Of a stretch of 64,000 bases of DNA, positions 19,636 through 29,795 are shown piece by piece (the stretch's first letter is position 1; every line of letters starts with the position of its first letter). Made by a program: the position numbers and the translations under genes. Location: positions 32,001 to 96,000 of IMG/VR virus record IMGVR_UViG_3300031993_000033; one strand, 5' to 3'. Below the pieces are notes generated by a model. The model did no database searches, was not told the DNA's origin, and saw only the letters and a program-made list of their open reading frames with translations. Source of the DNA: a virus (lineage: Duplodnaviria; Caudoviricetes).

Positions 19636-19904
19636 TGTATCAGCAAGTCAAGGAACTCCGAGCCTGTATAGATAAAATGTACGATGCTGCTATGAGGCAG
19701 GACGATGAGCGTAGAAAAGAGATTGAAACGCTCAAAGCCTATCTTAGTTTTGCGTTGAGTGCATTTGAAAGCATTAGGAGTTGTAAGTATGCTCCATGTG
19801 GATTTTGCAAGCATCGCAACGAAGATGACACTCCGTTTTGTGGTGAAGGTCATAAATGGGAATGGGAATACGCAGAAGAAGTCAAGAAGTTATTGGCTGA
19901 ATAA
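19635..19904 (+). CDS. hypothetical protein
   Basis: Coupled ORF, CxxC. Confidence 0.65.
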   Translation: MYQQVKELRACIDKMYDAAMRQDDERRKEIETLKAYLSFALSAFESIRSCKYAPCGFCKHRNEDDTPFCGEGHKWEWEYAEEVKKLLAE

Positions 19905-19917
19905 AAGGAGTGATAAT

Positions 19918-20139
19918 ATGATTGACGGATTTACGATGTATTATAACAGTGGTGAACGGTGTGAAAACAGCAAGACGAAGTACGAAGAACTATGTGAGCA
20001 AATGAGAATTTTACAAAATAACTTAGATTCCGAAGATGCACATGGCAAAGCAGATGATATTCTGTGTGAAGCTCTTAAAATGTTTGGCTGTAATGAACTT
20101 GTTGAGCTTTATGAACAAATTGAAAAATGGTATTCATGA
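19918..20139 (+). CDS. hypothetical protein
   Basis: AAGGAG SD before ATG 19918. Confidence 0.65.
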   Translation: MIDGFTMYYNSGERCENSKTKYEELCEQMRILQNNLDSEDAHGKADDILCEALKMFGCNELVELYEQIEKWYS

Positions 20140-20156
20140 TAAAAGGAGGATTTAAA

Positions 20157-20342
20157 ATGGGTTATGAGCATGAAGAAAAATATATCGAAAAAGTAAAAGA
20201 AATACAGAGTATGCAAGATGCTGAAAAGTATAGATTATATATGCAATGGTGTAATGAATGTCCGAAAGCTCATGACTTTACCTGTTCAGGAGCAGATGCT
20301 AAAAAATGTGAACAAGAAAAGCAAAAGTTACTGGCTAAATGA
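20157..20342 (+). CDS. hypothetical protein
   Basis: AAGGAGG SD before ATG 20157. Confidence 0.65.
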   Translation: MGYEHEEKYIEKVKEIQSMQDAEKYRLYMQWCNECPKAHDFTCSGADAKKCEQEKQKLLAK

Positions 20343-20357
20343 AAGGGGAGTTTTATT

Positions 20358-20738
20358 ATGAGTGACTACTGCCACAAAAAAGTCATAAGAATGAAAATAT
20401 CAGAAGAAGAAGCCTGTGAGATATTTGGTGTTGATGACGGTTGGGGTATATCAGACTTGCTTGAGAAAACAGAGTTTGAAATCGCTCCTACATCCGATTT
20501 CTTTATTGACTATGTTCTATTTTCCAGAAATGATGCTGAAGGTGATTGGGGCAGAACAAGACGGTTAGGCAATGCTGAGTATTTAAAGTATGGTAGCAAG
20601 TTTAGAAAACTTCTTAAACGCAGAATCGTTATGCCTAATGAACTAAGACTTGTCGAATACTGTTGGTATGATTGCAGCGAAGCCCCAGATTATTTTGACG
20701 AGCCGACTGATCACGATGACTTTTACGATGAGGTGTAA
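20358..20738 (+). CDS. hypothetical protein
   Basis: GGGGAG SD. Confidence 0.7.
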   Translation: MSDYCHKKVIRMKISEEEACEIFGVDDGWGISDLLEKTEFEIAPTSDFFIDYVLFSRNDAEGDWGRTRRLGNAEYLKYGSKFRKLLKRRIVMPNELRLVEYCWYDCSEAPDYFDEPTDHDDFYDEV

Positions 20739-20741
20739 ACT

Positions 20742-21029
20742 ATGAAACGAGTTTGTCCTTATGATGAGATCACGCCTATGAGTCTTACGGGTTGTCACCA
20801 GTGTGGTTTTAGACTGATTTGCTCGGAATACGAAAAGGCTCTTAGATATATGTACAGTTATATTCGTATGGGCAACTCAGCAAGGATATGTGGTAAACGG
20901 ATAATGGCAGAAGATTTGAGAGACATTTATAGAAATAAGTTAGAAATGATTAGTAATAGCTTTTGGCGATGGACTTCTAATGAAGAATTGCTGAAAGATA
21001 TTGCCGTACATGAGGTGAGATATTTATGA
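20742..21029 (+). CDS. hypothetical protein
   Basis: GAGGTG SD. Confidence 0.65.
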   Translation: MKRVCPYDEITPMSLTGCHQCGFRLICSEYEKALRYMYSYIRMGNSARICGKRIMAEDLRDIYRNKLEMISNSFWRWTSNEELLKDIAVHEVRYL

Positions 21030-21460
21030 GAGTAAATGTTAAAAACTATATGTATAGATGGTTTGATGATATGTTGATTTTGCAGACCGAGGATGACAAC
21101 GTTCTCTATATTTATTGCCCAAGTGAGTGCATATATAATGATGGGATTTCACGTTATTATTGTTACAAAGAAAATCTTCAAGCAAGAGAGTTGTTGGAAA
21201 TTGATTATGTAGATTATCATACGGAATCAGACTCAGATATTTCTTGTGACGGAATTGCTCACTTTATTCAGTATAGGAATAATAAGAAAATCATTATGCG
21301 TGGATATAGATGTTGTAAACATAGAAAACTTCCAGATGATATTCTTAATAAAGCTGGTGGATATTGGTATCACCGAAATGATAATGAAACAGTTGAAAAT
21401 GATAAAAAGAAGCGTCAGTGGTCAGATTTTATATCTGTTATAAGTGATGCAATAAAATGA
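21026..21460 (+). CDS. hypothetical protein
   Basis: ATGA-coupled ORF. Confidence 0.65.
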   Translation: MRVNVKNYMYRWFDDMLILQTEDDNVLYIYCPSECIYNDGISRYYCYKENLQARELLEIDYVDYHTESDSDISCDGIAHFIQYRNNKKIIMRGYRCCKHRKLPDDILNKAGGYWYHRNDNETVENDKKKRQWSDFISVISDAIK

Positions 21461-21488
21461 AAGTCTTGTTTTATTAAGGAGGTTTATT

Positions 21489-22091
21489 GTGGATTACGAC
21501 ACGATTTACAATGGCACAACAATAGATGGTGTTAAAGCCATTACAGATGCTTTAGAACTATCAGCATATGAACATAAAAAATTAGAAAGGCATCAGAAAC
21601 TAAGTCAGCTTGCAGATGAAGATGTAGCTTATACAATCAGAAAGAACGTCAATTATTTATGGGTTGATTATTACTTTGATGATGCAAAAGAATGGCTTGA
21701 TATAAGAACTCAAAAATACGATAAGCGTAAAAAGTATAAGGAAAAAGATGCGTATGAATACCTTGTAAATGAAATCAAAGAAATTTTTCAAGTTGATACT
21801 TGCGAGATAATTAGAATGTGCTATGAAGGATATGAACAGTATTCCAGATGGATAGAATTTACAACCGATAGTGATTATATATTTCATATGACTATCCCAG
21901 TTGTGAAAAGAATCACGCCTAAACTTATGTCTTATGTTTATTATGGCAAGGTTACAATTGGATATTATGTAGGCGAAAATTATAGAAGAATATGTGGGGC
22001 TTCTTATAATACAACAGAATTAAAACCAATTATGGATGAAATTCTAACATCTGAAGAATACAAAAAGCATTTGTCAAAGATGAAAGAATAA
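21489..22091 (+). CDS. hypothetical protein
   Basis: AAGGAGG SD, GTG start; flanked by junction sites 21458 and 22081. Confidence 0.7.
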   Translation: MDYDTIYNGTTIDGVKAITDALELSAYEHKKLERHQKLSQLADEDVAYTIRKNVNYLWVDYYFDDAKEWLDIRTQKYDKRKKYKEKDAYEYLVNEIKEIFQVDTCEIIRMCYEGYEQYSRWIEFTTDSDYIFHMTIPVVKRITPKLMSYVYYGKVTIGYYVGENYRRICGASYNTTELKPIMDEILTSEEYKKHLSKMKE

Positions 22092-22162
22092 TTTTATCGG
22101 TAAAATAACGACGTAGAATAGCCAAAAAGTGGCTCTAAAAATTACATGAAATTTCACTTTTA
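22081..22162. repeat. complete composite element: core site - 14 nt - ACGTAGAATAGCC..TGGCT motif - 12 nt - core site
   Basis: TGAAA-GAATAA-TTTTA (22081-96), ACGTAGAATAGCCAAAAAGTGGCT (22111-34), TGAAA-TTTCAC-TTTTA (22147-62); partial copies with the same spacings elsewhere. Confidence 0.7.
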
Positions 22163-22170
22163 TGAGGAGG

Positions 22171-22578
22171 ATGAAGATGAGTGAACTCACATTGGACGAA
22201 GCCATAAAGCATTGCCTTGAAGTGGCGGAGCAGAATGAAATAGATTCAATAACGTACAAGAACTGCAAAGAAATCAAGACCAATATGTATGAAAAGCTAC
22301 TCGCAGAAAAAGTGGAGAATGACTGCTTAGAGTGTGCCGCAGACCATAGACAGCTTGCAGAGTGGCTTAATGAGCTTAAAGAAGCAAGAAAGCTATTGAC
22401 CGCCACAAAGTACAGGGTGAAGCATGAAGAATGGGATATGCACGGAGAGCATTACATAGGCGATTATGCGTTATGTCCTAACTGCAATAAATGTTTTACA
22501 AATATCTATAACGGCAAAGCAGCTCCAGTTGTTACATTCTGCCCTGACTGCGGTCAGAAGATAGACTGGAATGAATAA
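22171..22578 (+). CDS. zinc-ribbon hypothetical protein
   Basis: CPNC...FCPDCGQKIDW. Confidence 0.7.
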   Translation: MKMSELTLDEAIKHCLEVAEQNEIDSITYKNCKEIKTNMYEKLLAEKVENDCLECAADHRQLAEWLNELKEARKLLTATKYRVKHEEWDMHGEHYIGDYALCPNCNKCFTNIYNGKAAPVVTFCPDCGQKIDWNE

Positions 22579-22621
22579 AACGTGTCTTAGACGGCAAAGA
22601 CGAATTTGAAACAAAGGAGAA

Positions 22622-22888
22622 ATGAAAATGGCTGAAAGTTGGAATGATATATTTGGTGGACAATTTGCCAAACCAGATGTTAAACATGATAAACTAATTG
22701 CAAAAGCAGTTGAGTGTTACACCGAAAAGCTTGAAGAAGAAAATAAGGTGTTGAAAGATATTATAAGGCAGATAGATGATGCTTTTATGTCCTTTAACGG
22801 TAAGAGCAAGTCTACTGATGATATAATTAATGAGATTATTGATATTCTGAAAGTTTATAGAGATGCGTTTAGGGAGGAAGCACCATGA
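22622..22888 (+). CDS. hypothetical protein
   Basis: AAGGAG SD. Confidence 0.65.
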   Translation: MKMAESWNDIFGGQFAKPDVKHDKLIAKAVECYTEKLEEENKVLKDIIRQIDDAFMSFNGKSKSTDDIINEIIDILKVYRDAFREEAP

Positions 22889-23259
22889 AAGAGTACTTAG
22901 AGCTTGAAAGGGTGCTTGATGATAGTCATATCATCACAGTACAAACAAGGGACTATGGCAGTTTAGAGGTTGTGCCTGTTGAATACCTTGCAAATTTACC
23001 AACCGTAGAACTACAAACCATAAAAGATGTAGTTGTACCAAAACTTGAAAAACATAACATAAAACGTGGTTATCCTGATATGACCGAGGGAGAAGTAGCT
23101 GCTTATATATTAGGATTCAACGAGCATGAGAAGCTTAATATGGGGCATTGCTATATTGATAATGAGGGGTACGAAAGATGTTCTGTATGTAATGAGCATG
23201 AAACAGGTATGAGATATGCCTCATTCTGCCCGAGATGCGGCGTCAAGCTGAAACACTGA
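22885..23259 (+). CDS. zinc-ribbon hypothetical protein
   Basis: CSVC...FCPRCG. Confidence 0.65.
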   Translation: MKEYLELERVLDDSHIITVQTRDYGSLEVVPVEYLANLPTVELQTIKDVVVPKLEKHNIKRGYPDMTEGEVAAYILGFNEHEKLNMGHCYIDNEGYERCSVCNEHETGMRYASFCPRCGVKLKH

Positions 23260-23276
23260 AACAAGGAGAACTAACA

Positions 23277-23597
23277 ATGACGCTTGAACAAACTATAAAC
23301 GATTGTGAAAGACTTGCAGATCAGCAAGAAGCAATAATTAAAAATATTAAAAATAATTTGGCGGGTACTCCAATTAAAGAGTATATAGATGAGTGTTCTG
23401 AGTGTTCTGCTTATTCTAGGCAGATTGCAGAATGGCTTACGGAACTTAAAGAGTGGAAGGCAAATCCGTTTAGCCTGATTAAAACAGAGTGCAAAAATAA
23501 TTACTACTGTAATAAGTGTGCTTTTCTCGACCATTGTCCATTTTCAAACGGGAACAGAGTTGCGGCAGAACACCCGATGGACTGGGTTGTATATTAA
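23277..23597 (+). CDS. hypothetical protein
   Basis: AAGGAG SD; shares C.EC....RQ.AEWL.ELKE with the 22171 ORF. Confidence 0.65.
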   Translation: MTLEQTINDCERLADQQEAIIKNIKNNLAGTPIKEYIDECSECSAYSRQIAEWLTELKEWKANPFSLIKTECKNNYYCNKCAFLDHCPFSNGNRVAAEHPMDWVVY

Positions 23598-23626
23598 AGT
23601 TGCATTTTATTGGAGGTGAACAATGA

Positions 23627-23860
23627 ATGACCAATGATAAACTTGATAAGGCTATTGCTACAAGAAAGAAAATGTCAGAGTACGATGATATAATTAAAAT
23701 GCTCAATGACAATCAGTACGACCATTTTAACATACATGGAGTGTGTAGCGATGGTGTGAGCGACTACATAGACCTTTTGCCTGATGATTGTTTAAAGGCT
23801 GTAAAACAATGGTATATAGACGAGTGGATAAAGTTAAAGGAAGAATTTGAAAAGATATGA
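23627..23860 (+). CDS. hypothetical protein
   Basis: GGAGGTG SD; flanked by junction sites. Confidence 0.65.
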   Translation: MTNDKLDKAIATRKKMSEYDDIIKMLNDNQYDHFNIHGVCSDGVSDYIDLLPDDCLKAVKQWYIDEWIKLKEEFEKI

Positions 23861-23886
23861 AAGCTACATTTTATCGGAGGTGAACC

Positions 23887-24084
23887 ATGAGAGACATAAA
23901 CAGACTTGATAAGTTCTACGACGAGCTTAAAGAGATACATAAGAAGAACTTTCCTGATTGGCGTTTCGGTCAGATGATAGTCAATGTGTTGGCTGATTGG
24001 CAAGCTAAGACCAAGAGAGATATTTTCTTTCCCGAAGAAGATGAGATGATACAGATATTCAGGGATTATGTAAACAAAACTTGA
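23887..24084 (+). CDS. hypothetical protein
   Basis: MRD.NR....PDWRFGQ small phage family; flanked by junction sites. Confidence 0.7.
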   Translation: MRDINRLDKFYDELKEIHKKNFPDWRFGQMIVNVLADWQAKTKRDIFFPEEDEMIQIFRDYVNKT

Positions 24085-24111
24085 AACCTACGTTTTATTG
24101 GAGGTGAACAC

Positions 24112-24312
24112 ATGAGTAATCTTGAACATCTAATTGAGAATACGCTGGTAGCTATGGAAGATAATACGTTGTGCTACGAAGATATTTGTAAGCGCATTAA
24201 GAACGATGTTAACTTTCCCTACACTTCATTGTCAGCAGATGATGTGTTAGAGATATGCACATATTTTCTGTATACATGGTGTGGAACTTGCGAAAAGTGC
24301 AATAGGAGATGA
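24112..24312 (+). CDS. hypothetical protein
   Basis: GGAGGTG SD. Confidence 0.65.
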   Translation: MSNLEHLIENTLVAMEDNTLCYEDICKRIKNDVNFPYTSLSADDVLEICTYFLYTWCGTCEKCNRR

Positions 24313-24318
24313 TAAGAG

Positions 24319-24633
24319 ATGACAATTAATATTCAAGAACTGCTTGACAAAGGCTATAAAGAGTTCCCACCAACAAGGTTTGATACTGCGGATAAATGCT
24401 TTCAGAAGCGGTTTACGACAGAGAATGGTGATACGCTGTATTTTATCAACGTTAATATGTATTACTCTTGGGGTTCAGTTCCAGAGAATTTTGAAGTTGA
24501 AACGCAGCTCTATCAGAAAGGAACGCATGAGCCTGTAAATCTGAAGTTCTTCTGTGATTGGACTTTGGCAGATGTCGAGGATTATGTGCAACGAATTTAC
24601 GAAGTGGGGTTTGAGCCGTATGAAGAATCGTGA
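24319..24633 (+). CDS. hypothetical protein
   Basis: ORF in operon. Confidence 0.65.
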   Translation: MTINIQELLDKGYKEFPPTRFDTADKCFQKRFTTENGDTLYFINVNMYYSWGSVPENFEVETQLYQKGTHEPVNLKFFCDWTLADVEDYVQRIYEVGFEPYEES

Positions 24634-24808
24634 TTGGTTAAACAATATGGCACTTATTGATATGCTAAATATAATTAACGAGCGATTTGATGGATGTTTT
24701 GTTTATAGAATGGAAGAACAAGATTTTAATTCCATAGACGGGCGTTGTGAGAAATATAATTGGGACTGTTACAAATGCATCGCAGCGTGGTTAAACGAGG
24801 AGAATTAA
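24620..24808 (+). CDS. hypothetical protein
   Basis: MKNRDWL...C.KCI.AWLNEE. Confidence 0.6.
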   Translation: MKNRDWLNNMALIDMLNIINERFDGCFVYRMEEQDFNSIDGRCEKYNWDCYKCIAAWLNEEN

Positions 24809-24809
24809 T

Positions 24810-25139
24810 ATGACCACATATGAATTATTCAGAACACAAGACAGAGGATTTTTTGAGCCTGTAAATATGATTGATGTCAAGGAAGTCATTGCCAACAATC
24901 CTAACGGAATGTGCCTGTGGGTTCAAACGCCCGATTACTATATGGAAGTTGACTGCCCTGATAGGTATAACATGAACGCAAGGTTTGATGTTGAGGGCAA
25001 GATGTTGGTCAACAAGCTGTTTCCTTATAGCTTTACAGGCTTCATGGACGCTTGCAATTGGTTTGATGAGCAAAGAGCTACTTACCGCTTCGCTGAACTT
25101 ATAGGGAGGAAGAAACCGTGGACATCAGACAGCAGATAG
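24810..25139 (+). CDS. hypothetical protein
   Basis: GAGGAG SD. Confidence 0.65.
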   Translation: MTTYELFRTQDRGFFEPVNMIDVKEVIANNPNGMCLWVQTPDYYMEVDCPDRYNMNARFDVEGKMLVNKLFPYSFTGFMDACNWFDEQRATYRFAELIGRKKPWTSDSR

Positions 25140-25360
25140 TCGAGCTTTGCAAGGAGCGCATAGCCGCCGCTAAAGACAAAAAGGAACTGCGGTTGTACCT
25201 ATATGATATAATCGCGGCTCTTAATGGCGGCGAGAGAAATCCGCTGAAGATAACCAATAAGGCAGTCGCAGAGAATATCCTGTACACTATCCGGCAGTAT
25301 GGGACTGAGGAACAGGCGAGGAAAGCGACTGAGATAAACAATGTTTGGCAAAATCTGTGA
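25118..25360 (+). CDS. hypothetical protein
   Basis: GGAGG SD, GTG start. Confidence 0.6.
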   Translation: MDIRQQIVELCKERIAAAKDKKELRLYLYDIIAALNGGERNPLKITNKAVAENILYTIRQYGTEEQARKATEINNVWQNL

Positions 25361-25397
25361 AAACAGTTTGCATATACTATTAGAAAGGAAGTAAACT

Positions 25398-26120
25398 ATG
25401 TCAGAAACAAAGAAGAAGTCGGTGTTTGAAACGCTGGCGAGCATCGACACAACAAATGATGTGGTGTCTAAGGGCGACGGTAAGTATTCTGTTACTTATG
25501 TTCCGTGGGCGCGTTCAATCGAAAAACTGCGTATGTATTATCCTGATGCCATTATTGAGGAGTGTACTTTTAAGACTCAGAAGTTAGTCTCGGTGCTTGC
25601 CTCTAAAACAGCAGAAGGGGAGACATACCATAGTGAGCTTGTCGAGGTTGAACTTCCCTACGGCACAGACGGTAATACCTGTTGGGTTAAGACCTGCGTT
25701 AAGATACCGTCACAGGGCATTGAGGAATACTGCACCCTGCCTATAATGGACAACCGCAATCAGGCTGTTCCTGCGGCAAACGTAAAGAGCACAGACGTAA
25801 ACAAGGCTCTCAGGCGTTGCGTGGCAAAGAATATAGCGTACCTCGGATATGGCTTATCATCATGGTTAAAGGATGACTACACTGATCTTGCAAAGGATAA
25901 GAAGGTGTTGGACGGACTTGACAGACAGGACGCTATTGGCAAGTTTAAGGCTAAGATTAAGGACGGCTATGACCGCGATAAGCTGGCTGCTTGGTTACAG
26001 GCAAACTTTGGCGGTTGCAAGAACCCGATGAATCTGAGCGATGAGCTTCTTGAAAGGCTTAACGAGGAGCTTGACAAACTGGACATTAAGGACTTTCAGT
26101 CCGAGAAGAAATCTAAGTAA
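25398..26120 (+). CDS. Sak3/DUF1071-like single-strand annealing protein
   Basis: Y.PWA....YPDA, LPIMDNRNQAV, DVNKALRRC.AK..A..G.GL; adjacent to ssb. Confidence 0.75.
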   Translation: MSETKKKSVFETLASIDTTNDVVSKGDGKYSVTYVPWARSIEKLRMYYPDAIIEECTFKTQKLVSVLASKTAEGETYHSELVEVELPYGTDGNTCWVKTCVKIPSQGIEEYCTLPIMDNRNQAVPAANVKSTDVNKALRRCVAKNIAYLGYGLSSWLKDDYTDLAKDKKVLDGLDRQDAIGKFKAKIKDGYDRDKLAAWLQANFGGCKNPMNLSDELLERLNEELDKLDIKDFQSEKKSK

Positions 26121-26137
26121 TGGAGGTTATTTAAGTA

Positions 26138-26542
26138 ATGAATAAGGTAATTCTTATAGGCAGAATCTCAAGCGATATTGACGTAAGACAGACTCAGGGT
26201 GGCACTTCCACGGCTACATTTAACATTGCTGTGGATAGAAATATAGGGGCTGGCAAGGATAAGGCAACCGACTTTATCCGTTGCGTAGCTTGGGGCAAGA
26301 CAAGCGAATTTCTGGCTAAATATTTCAGCAAGGGCAAGCAGATAGCTCTTGAGGGCAATATCAAAACCGGCTCTTACGAGAAGGACGGCACTAAGCATTT
26401 CACAACTGATGTGTGGGTAGACAAGGTGGAGTTTGTCGGCTCTAAGGGCGACGGTGGTGCTAAGACTGAGACACAGGCAGCTCCGGCAAAGGCTGAGACA
26501 CCTGCCGAAACAGAGACAGCTTCAGAAGATATTCCTTTCTAA
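26138..26542 (+). CDS. ssb: single-stranded DNA-binding protein
   Basis: MNKVILIGR..., DFIRCVAWGK, C-terminal DIPF. Confidence 0.95.
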   Translation: MNKVILIGRISSDIDVRQTQGGTSTATFNIAVDRNIGAGKDKATDFIRCVAWGKTSEFLAKYFSKGKQIALEGNIKTGSYEKDGTKHFTTDVWVDKVEFVGSKGDGGAKTETQAAPAKAETPAETETASEDIPF

Positions 26543-26549
26543 TGGTAAA

Positions 26550-26567
26550 GCCGCCCTTCGGGGCGGC
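26550..26567 (+). terminator. GC-rich hairpin after ssb
   Basis: GCCGCCC-TTCG-GGGCGGC; no strong U-tract. Confidence 0.5.
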
Positions 26568-26595
26568 AAGCCTATAATATAAAAGGAGTGGTAAG

Positions 26596-27333
26596 GTGGA
26601 CTTAACTAAAAAAGAGTGGTCGTATAGCTCTCTCAAACTCTACGAGACTTGTCCGTGGGCGTTCTATCTGAAATATGTTGAGGATATAACTGAGGGCGAT
26701 AATGCCTTTGCACAACACGGTTCACTGGCTCACAGCATTTTAGAACGCTGGGCGAAGGGTGAGCTTTACGAGTTTGAGCTTGCGGACACATTTGAACAAG
26801 AATATGATATGTGGGTGACTGAGAAGTTCCCATATTTTAATATGTATAAGGCTTTCTACGACAAGACTCTTGCATACTTCCAGAATTTTGACGGCATTGC
26901 CGGTGAGATAATCGGGGTAGAGCAAGAGCTGAAAGCTGTGATAGGTGGGCATAAGTTTATCGGATTTGCGGACTTAATAGTGCGTGACGAGAACGGAATT
27001 GTGCTCATAGATTACAAGTCGCACGGTGCTTGGAAGTCCAAGAAGGAACGTGCCGACTATATGCGCCAGCTTTATCTGTACGCTTACCGCATAAAGGAAA
27101 TGTACGGCGAGTTTCCGTATAAGTTAGTATTCAATAAGTTCCGGTGCGATGAGCCGTGGGACGAGGAGCTGTTCAAAGAGGGCGACTACACGGCGGCGAT
27201 AGACTGGTTCAAGGTTGGCGTTGATACAATACTGGCTACGACTGACTGGGAGTGCAAGGTTGATAAGTTTTACTGTGAGAGCCTTTGCAGACTGAATTGC
27301 GTTTATAGTGGGGTGGATGAAGATGATAGATAA
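26596..27333 (+). CDS. PD-(D/E)XK exonuclease (RecB/Cas4-like)
   Basis: SYSSL..YETCP, G..AH..LE, GFADL..IDYKS, QLYLY, C-terminal Cys cluster. Confidence 0.85.
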   Translation: MDLTKKEWSYSSLKLYETCPWAFYLKYVEDITEGDNAFAQHGSLAHSILERWAKGELYEFELADTFEQEYDMWVTEKFPYFNMYKAFYDKTLAYFQNFDGIAGEIIGVEQELKAVIGGHKFIGFADLIVRDENGIVLIDYKSHGAWKSKKERADYMRQLYLYAYRIKEMYGEFPYKLVFNKFRCDEPWDEELFKEGDYTAAIDWFKVGVDTILATTDWECKVDKFYCESLCRLNCVYSGVDEDDR

Positions 27334-29203
27334 GGAACTTATAGCGGAGGCAAAAGAGAAAATAGGCATAAATGCCGCCGATATAATGGCTGATGTTCTT
27401 TCTCTTGAGCAGTATGACAGCAAGAATAAAAAAGCATTGTGCTGTTGGCACAGCGAGAAAACTCCGAGTCTGATTTTTGACCAAAAGAGACTGAGGTTTC
27501 ATTGTTTTTCTTGCGGCAAGAGCGTTGATCTCCTCGATTCCTATATACAAGGCAAAGGAATGACGTTCAACGAAGCTGCTACAAAGGTCTTTGAGCTTGC
27601 CGGTATGGATATACCAATGCCGGAGGTCGGCGTAAAAAAGGATAAGACTTATCGCTATCCTACCCTTACTCACGCTGATATGACACCCGCTTACGAATAT
27701 CTGGCAAAGCGTGGCATCAGCAAGGCTGTTGTTGACTATGCCGGACTTTCATGTGACGGTAACGGCAATATTGAGTTTCCATTCATTGACAGCAATGACG
27801 TTCTCAAGACGGTCAAGCTCCGTCCTGCCCATAAAGTAGAAAAGGGCAAAGGTGCAAAATGTTGGGTTCAAAAAGATACTGACCACGAAAGCGTTCTGTT
27901 TTTACAGCATCTTGCCAATCCGTCAGAGCCTTTATTGATAACAGAGGGGGCTATTGACTGTCTCGCTGCTATTGAGTCTGGCTACAAGAACTCAGTCAGC
28001 ATTCCTTTTGGGTGTGCCGATATGTCTTGGATAGACGCTCAGTGGGACTTCCTTGAACAGTTTGACACCATAGTAGTGGCTGGCGATAACGATGCCGCAG
28101 GTCGCAAATTCAATAAGGCTGTTGTGGCGAGATTGGGACAATGGCGATGCCGCGCGGTTCAATACCCAACTTCATTCAAGAAGCCTGATGGCACAGAGAT
28201 TAAAGTCTCAGACACCAACGAAGTTATGTATTGGTACGGCAAAGAAAAGGTGCTGGAATGTGTTTTAGAGGCAATAAATGCGCCTATCCCTACCGTCGTA
28301 GACTTCTCCAACGTCAGAGATTATAACCTCGACGAAGTGGACGGTGTTACCTTTGGACTGAAAGAGCTGGATAAAGTCTTAATGCGTAATTTTTCCGGCT
28401 CTCTAACAACCGTATTTTCTAAAGCAGCGTCAGGTAAAACATCGCTCATGGGACAATTGACTGCGGAAACACTAAATGACGGCAAGTCGTTATTTATGTA
28501 CTCGCAGGAACTCTCAAATCAGCTCCAAGCCAACTGGATTATGTACAGCATAGCAGGTCGTCGCAATATCAATTCTTTTATCAGCAAGGAGGGAACTCCG
28601 TATTATCGTGTTACCCCTGCTGCCCGTAAAGAGATATTGGACTTCTACAAAGGACAGCTTTATCTCTACAAAGACGGAGAAAGCATTGACATAGACGACA
28701 TTCTCAAGACTGCCGAGATATGTGTGCGCCGCTACGGTTGCTCCCTTGTGATACTTGATAACTTGACTTGCATATCCTGTAAAGGCTGTGACTCTGACCT
28801 TATGCGCCAGACAGAGATCGTCCGCAAGTGCGTAAGATTTGCCTTGACGTACAACGTGGCAGTATTCCTCGTGGCACACTCAAGAAAGACCAATGAAAGT
28901 CTCGGTATGGACGATGCCTCCGGCTCAATGAATATCGCTAATCTCTCTTGCCGTATGCTTGGTATGGAGCGCAACGCACAGGGCGGTGCTACCGTTAAGA
29001 TAATTAAGGACAGATACCTCGGCAAAAATGGAGTATCGGTTAATCTGAATTTTGACTATCCAAGCCGCAGATTTTTCACTGACGAGGACGAGTTAAATCG
29101 CGTGTATTCTTGGGATAAGGGCAACTGCTTGGCTGAGAACCCACCTGAATGCGTGGTAATGGAGCAAATAAAAGAAACGGAACAAGAAGTGTTTGGAGCG
29201 TGA
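27323..29203 (+). CDS. primase-helicase (CHC2 Zn finger, TOPRIM, DnaB-like helicase)
   Basis: CCWHSEKTPS..CFSC, ITEGAID, DND, ASGKT, ILDNL, LVAHSRK. Confidence 0.88.
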   Translation: MIDKELIAEAKEKIGINAADIMADVLSLEQYDSKNKKALCCWHSEKTPSLIFDQKRLRFHCFSCGKSVDLLDSYIQGKGMTFNEAATKVFELAGMDIPMPEVGVKKDKTYRYPTLTHADMTPAYEYLAKRGISKAVVDYAGLSCDGNGNIEFPFIDSNDVLKTVKLRPAHKVEKGKGAKCWVQKDTDHESVLFLQHLANPSEPLLITEGAIDCLAAIESGYKNSVSIPFGCADMSWIDAQWDFLEQFDTIVVAGDNDAAGRKFNKAVVARLGQWRCRAVQYPTSFKKPDGTEIKVSDTNEVMYWYGKEKVLECVLEAINAPIPTVVDFSNVRDYNLDEVDGVTFGLKELDKVLMRNFSGSLTTVFSKAASGKTSLMGQLTAETLNDGKSLFMYSQELSNQLQANWIMYSIAGRRNINSFISKEGTPYYRVTPAARKEILDFYKGQLYLYKDGESIDIDDILKTAEICVRRYGCSLVILDNLTCISCKGCDSDLMRQTEIVRKCVRFALTYNVAVFLVAHSRKTNESLGMDDASGSMNIANLSCRMLGMERNAQGGATVKIIKDRYLGKNGVSVNLNFDYPSRRFFTDEDELNRVYSWDKGNCLAENPPECVVMEQIKETEQEVFGA

Positions 29204-29208
29204 TTAAT

Positions 29209-29793
29209 ATGCAGAGAAATGATGTAATTTACGGCAAGAAAACAGATGATTTACAGAAATGCTCATACGTTGAGGTCTGGCTGCGTGACGGTGATAATGG
29301 ATTTGGTGTCTGTTATCACCACGCCGGTCACGGCTGTATTTGGCATTACTTGCTCAAAAATGTTGACAAGTACGATGAGGTCGTTAATACAATACTTGAG
29401 CTTATTTGTGGTGCTGATAGTTTCACAGAGGTCTACGACATACTTGTTGACTATTTCTCGTCGGACGATATATACGAATACTTGGACGATGAGCCGGAGT
29501 ATGAAGAACCGCCTATGAGGTCGGAAGAAGAAATCCGCGAATATGAGTCAGAAGCGTTTGATCGCGTGTGGCTTGTGAGAAAGCAAAATATGTTTGTCAA
29601 TATGCTTGAGGGTACTGAGAGTGTGCAGGTTGACATTCTCGACGGTTGCATAAAGGCTATTGATAAGGTGTGCGAGAAGTATGGGATAGACTTCAAAGAG
29701 CCTGTAAGCGATTGGGACTACGGTTATTGGAGTGGTATACTGGCTGCGCTGAGATGGGTTATGGGTGACGAAAAGGATTTCTTAGATACATAA
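29209..29793 (+). CDS. hypothetical acidic protein
   Basis: GGAG SD; ends G.LAALRWVMGDE..FLDT. Confidence 0.7.
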   Translation: MQRNDVIYGKKTDDLQKCSYVEVWLRDGDNGFGVCYHHAGHGCIWHYLLKNVDKYDEVVNTILELICGADSFTEVYDILVDYFSSDDIYEYLDDEPEYEEPPMRSEEEIREYESEAFDRVWLVRKQNMFVNMLEGTESVQVDILDGCIKAIDKVCEKYGIDFKEPVSDWDYGYWSGILAALRWVMGDEKDFLDT

Positions 29794-29795
29794 GG

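Noticed and set aside
26596-27333. Cas4 / CRISPR adaptation gene
   Set aside because: Sits in the SSAP-SSB-primase module; no cas genes or array in the window
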